Both the position numbers and the translations under genes were made by a program. A DNA stretch of 64,000 bases from Protoeuglena noctilucae (taxonomy: Eukaryota). The DNA lies in the NCBI GenBank assembly GCA_958009085.1, contig OY253673.1, forward strand, positions 62,001 to 126,000. The letters run 5' to 3'. A model generated the notes under the pieces. It was not told where the DNA came from and did no database searches. It saw nothing but the letters and a program-made list of their open reading frames with translations. Of the stretch, positions 63,332 to 64,000 are shown piece after piece; the stretch's first letter is position 1; the number at the start of each line of letters is the position of its first letter.

Positions 63332-63447
63332 ACGGCTGAACGTCGCGCCTGCAGGCTACACAAGCCTGACGGACGGCTCCGTCTCGACGGCTGAACGTCG
63401 CGCCTGCAGGCTACACAAGCCTGACGGACGGCTCCGTCTCGACGGCT
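63332..63447 (+). repeat. 55-bp perfect tandem duplication
   Basis: ACGGCTGAACGTCGCGCCTGCAGGCTACACAAGCCTGACGGACGGCTCCGTCTCG at 63332 and 63387. Confidence 0.9.
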
Positions 63448-63516
63448 CACGCGCACCGTAGCTGGCAATGGGAGCTCGGAGTCGACGTCCTCGCGCTGCC
63501 GTGCGAGCTGGATGAG

Positions 63517-63849
63517 ATGGACGTGGTGTCGTGGGAGGGCATCGAGCGCAGCACCAACCCTGCCCACCACGCCTCCGGGCCGTTCCTCCGCCCGCCCGGC
63601 CCCGGGCGCCCTGCTTTCGACGACGCGTCCGCCGCAGACGCGCGGACGTCTCTATGGGAGGACTGGGCCGAGCCTGGCCGCCCGGCCCCGAACGCCGACT
63701 GCGTGTCGGACGCTGAGATGCGCCAGGCGCCACACCGCAAGGCGTCCCGCGGGAGGGACGCGATGGTGACGCACGAGATGTTCGAGGGCCTGCTCGGCGA
63801 CAGTGGGCCGCAGAAGAAAAGAGCGAAGACGCAGCCCCCTCCCATGTGA
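63517..63849 (+). CDS. Hypothetical protein or exon (basic QKKRAK motif)
   Basis: 110-aa ORF with protein-like composition. No family recognised. Confidence 0.35.
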   Translation: MDVVSWEGIERSTNPAHHASGPFLRPPGPGRPAFDDASAADARTSLWEDWAEPGRPAPNADCVSDAEMRQAPHRKASRGRDAMVTHEMFEGLLGDSGPQKKRAKTQPPPM

Positions 63850-64000
63850 CCCCGGGTTCCCTTGTTTCCACCCCTCCGTTCCCTGCCACGTTGCCCCTCC
63901 GTGCCGCCCGCGCGCAGCCCGCTTCTGCGCCTGCCGCAGGGCGCCGGAAGCAACCCCGGTCGCCCCGTCGCCCTCGTTCCCCCCGCCGACTGCATCAGAC

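Overview
GC-rich, intron-rich eukaryotic nuclear DNA, most likely from a green alga (Chlorophyta). Support comes from plastid-type SPS, CYP97C, a SufE-NadA quinolinate synthase, PAM71-like genes and short GT/GC-AG introns. Bases 1-10,300 are an accessory zone. It holds unknown spliced genes and a repeat block, then a lower-GC, intron-less endogenous Polinton-like virus (PLV)/virophage-like element (~2.6-8.1 kb). That element carries a truncated rve integrase, a pPolB-SF1 helicase-HNH fusion, an A32-type packaging ATPase and a possible minor capsid protein, but no major capsid gene. A LINE remnant, two convergent intron-containing tRNA genes (Trp, Tyr) and a 22-bp minisatellite follow. The rest (11-64 kb) is host genes: coiled-coil protein, solanesyl-PP synthase, calpain, three tandem 8-TM class III cyclases, UDP-glucose 4-epimerase, VOC/glyoxalase, PPR, USP, quinolinate synthase, ARF, CYP97C, NDUFB9-like, eIF2B-alpha, hnRNP F/H-like and GDT1/PAM71. 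The best candidate for an undescribed system is the cyclase trio. It has enzyme-rhodopsin-like 8-TM architecture without the retinal lysine, one catalytically dead paralogue, and two paralogues sharing an almost identical 0.9-kb catalytic block. Other candidates are the deleted PLV with its own promoter-like motifs and C-GNA-G mini-hairpins, frequent GC-AG introns, and duplicated splice acceptors. All calls come from motif reading by eye; no searches were run, and exon boundaries were inferred manually.
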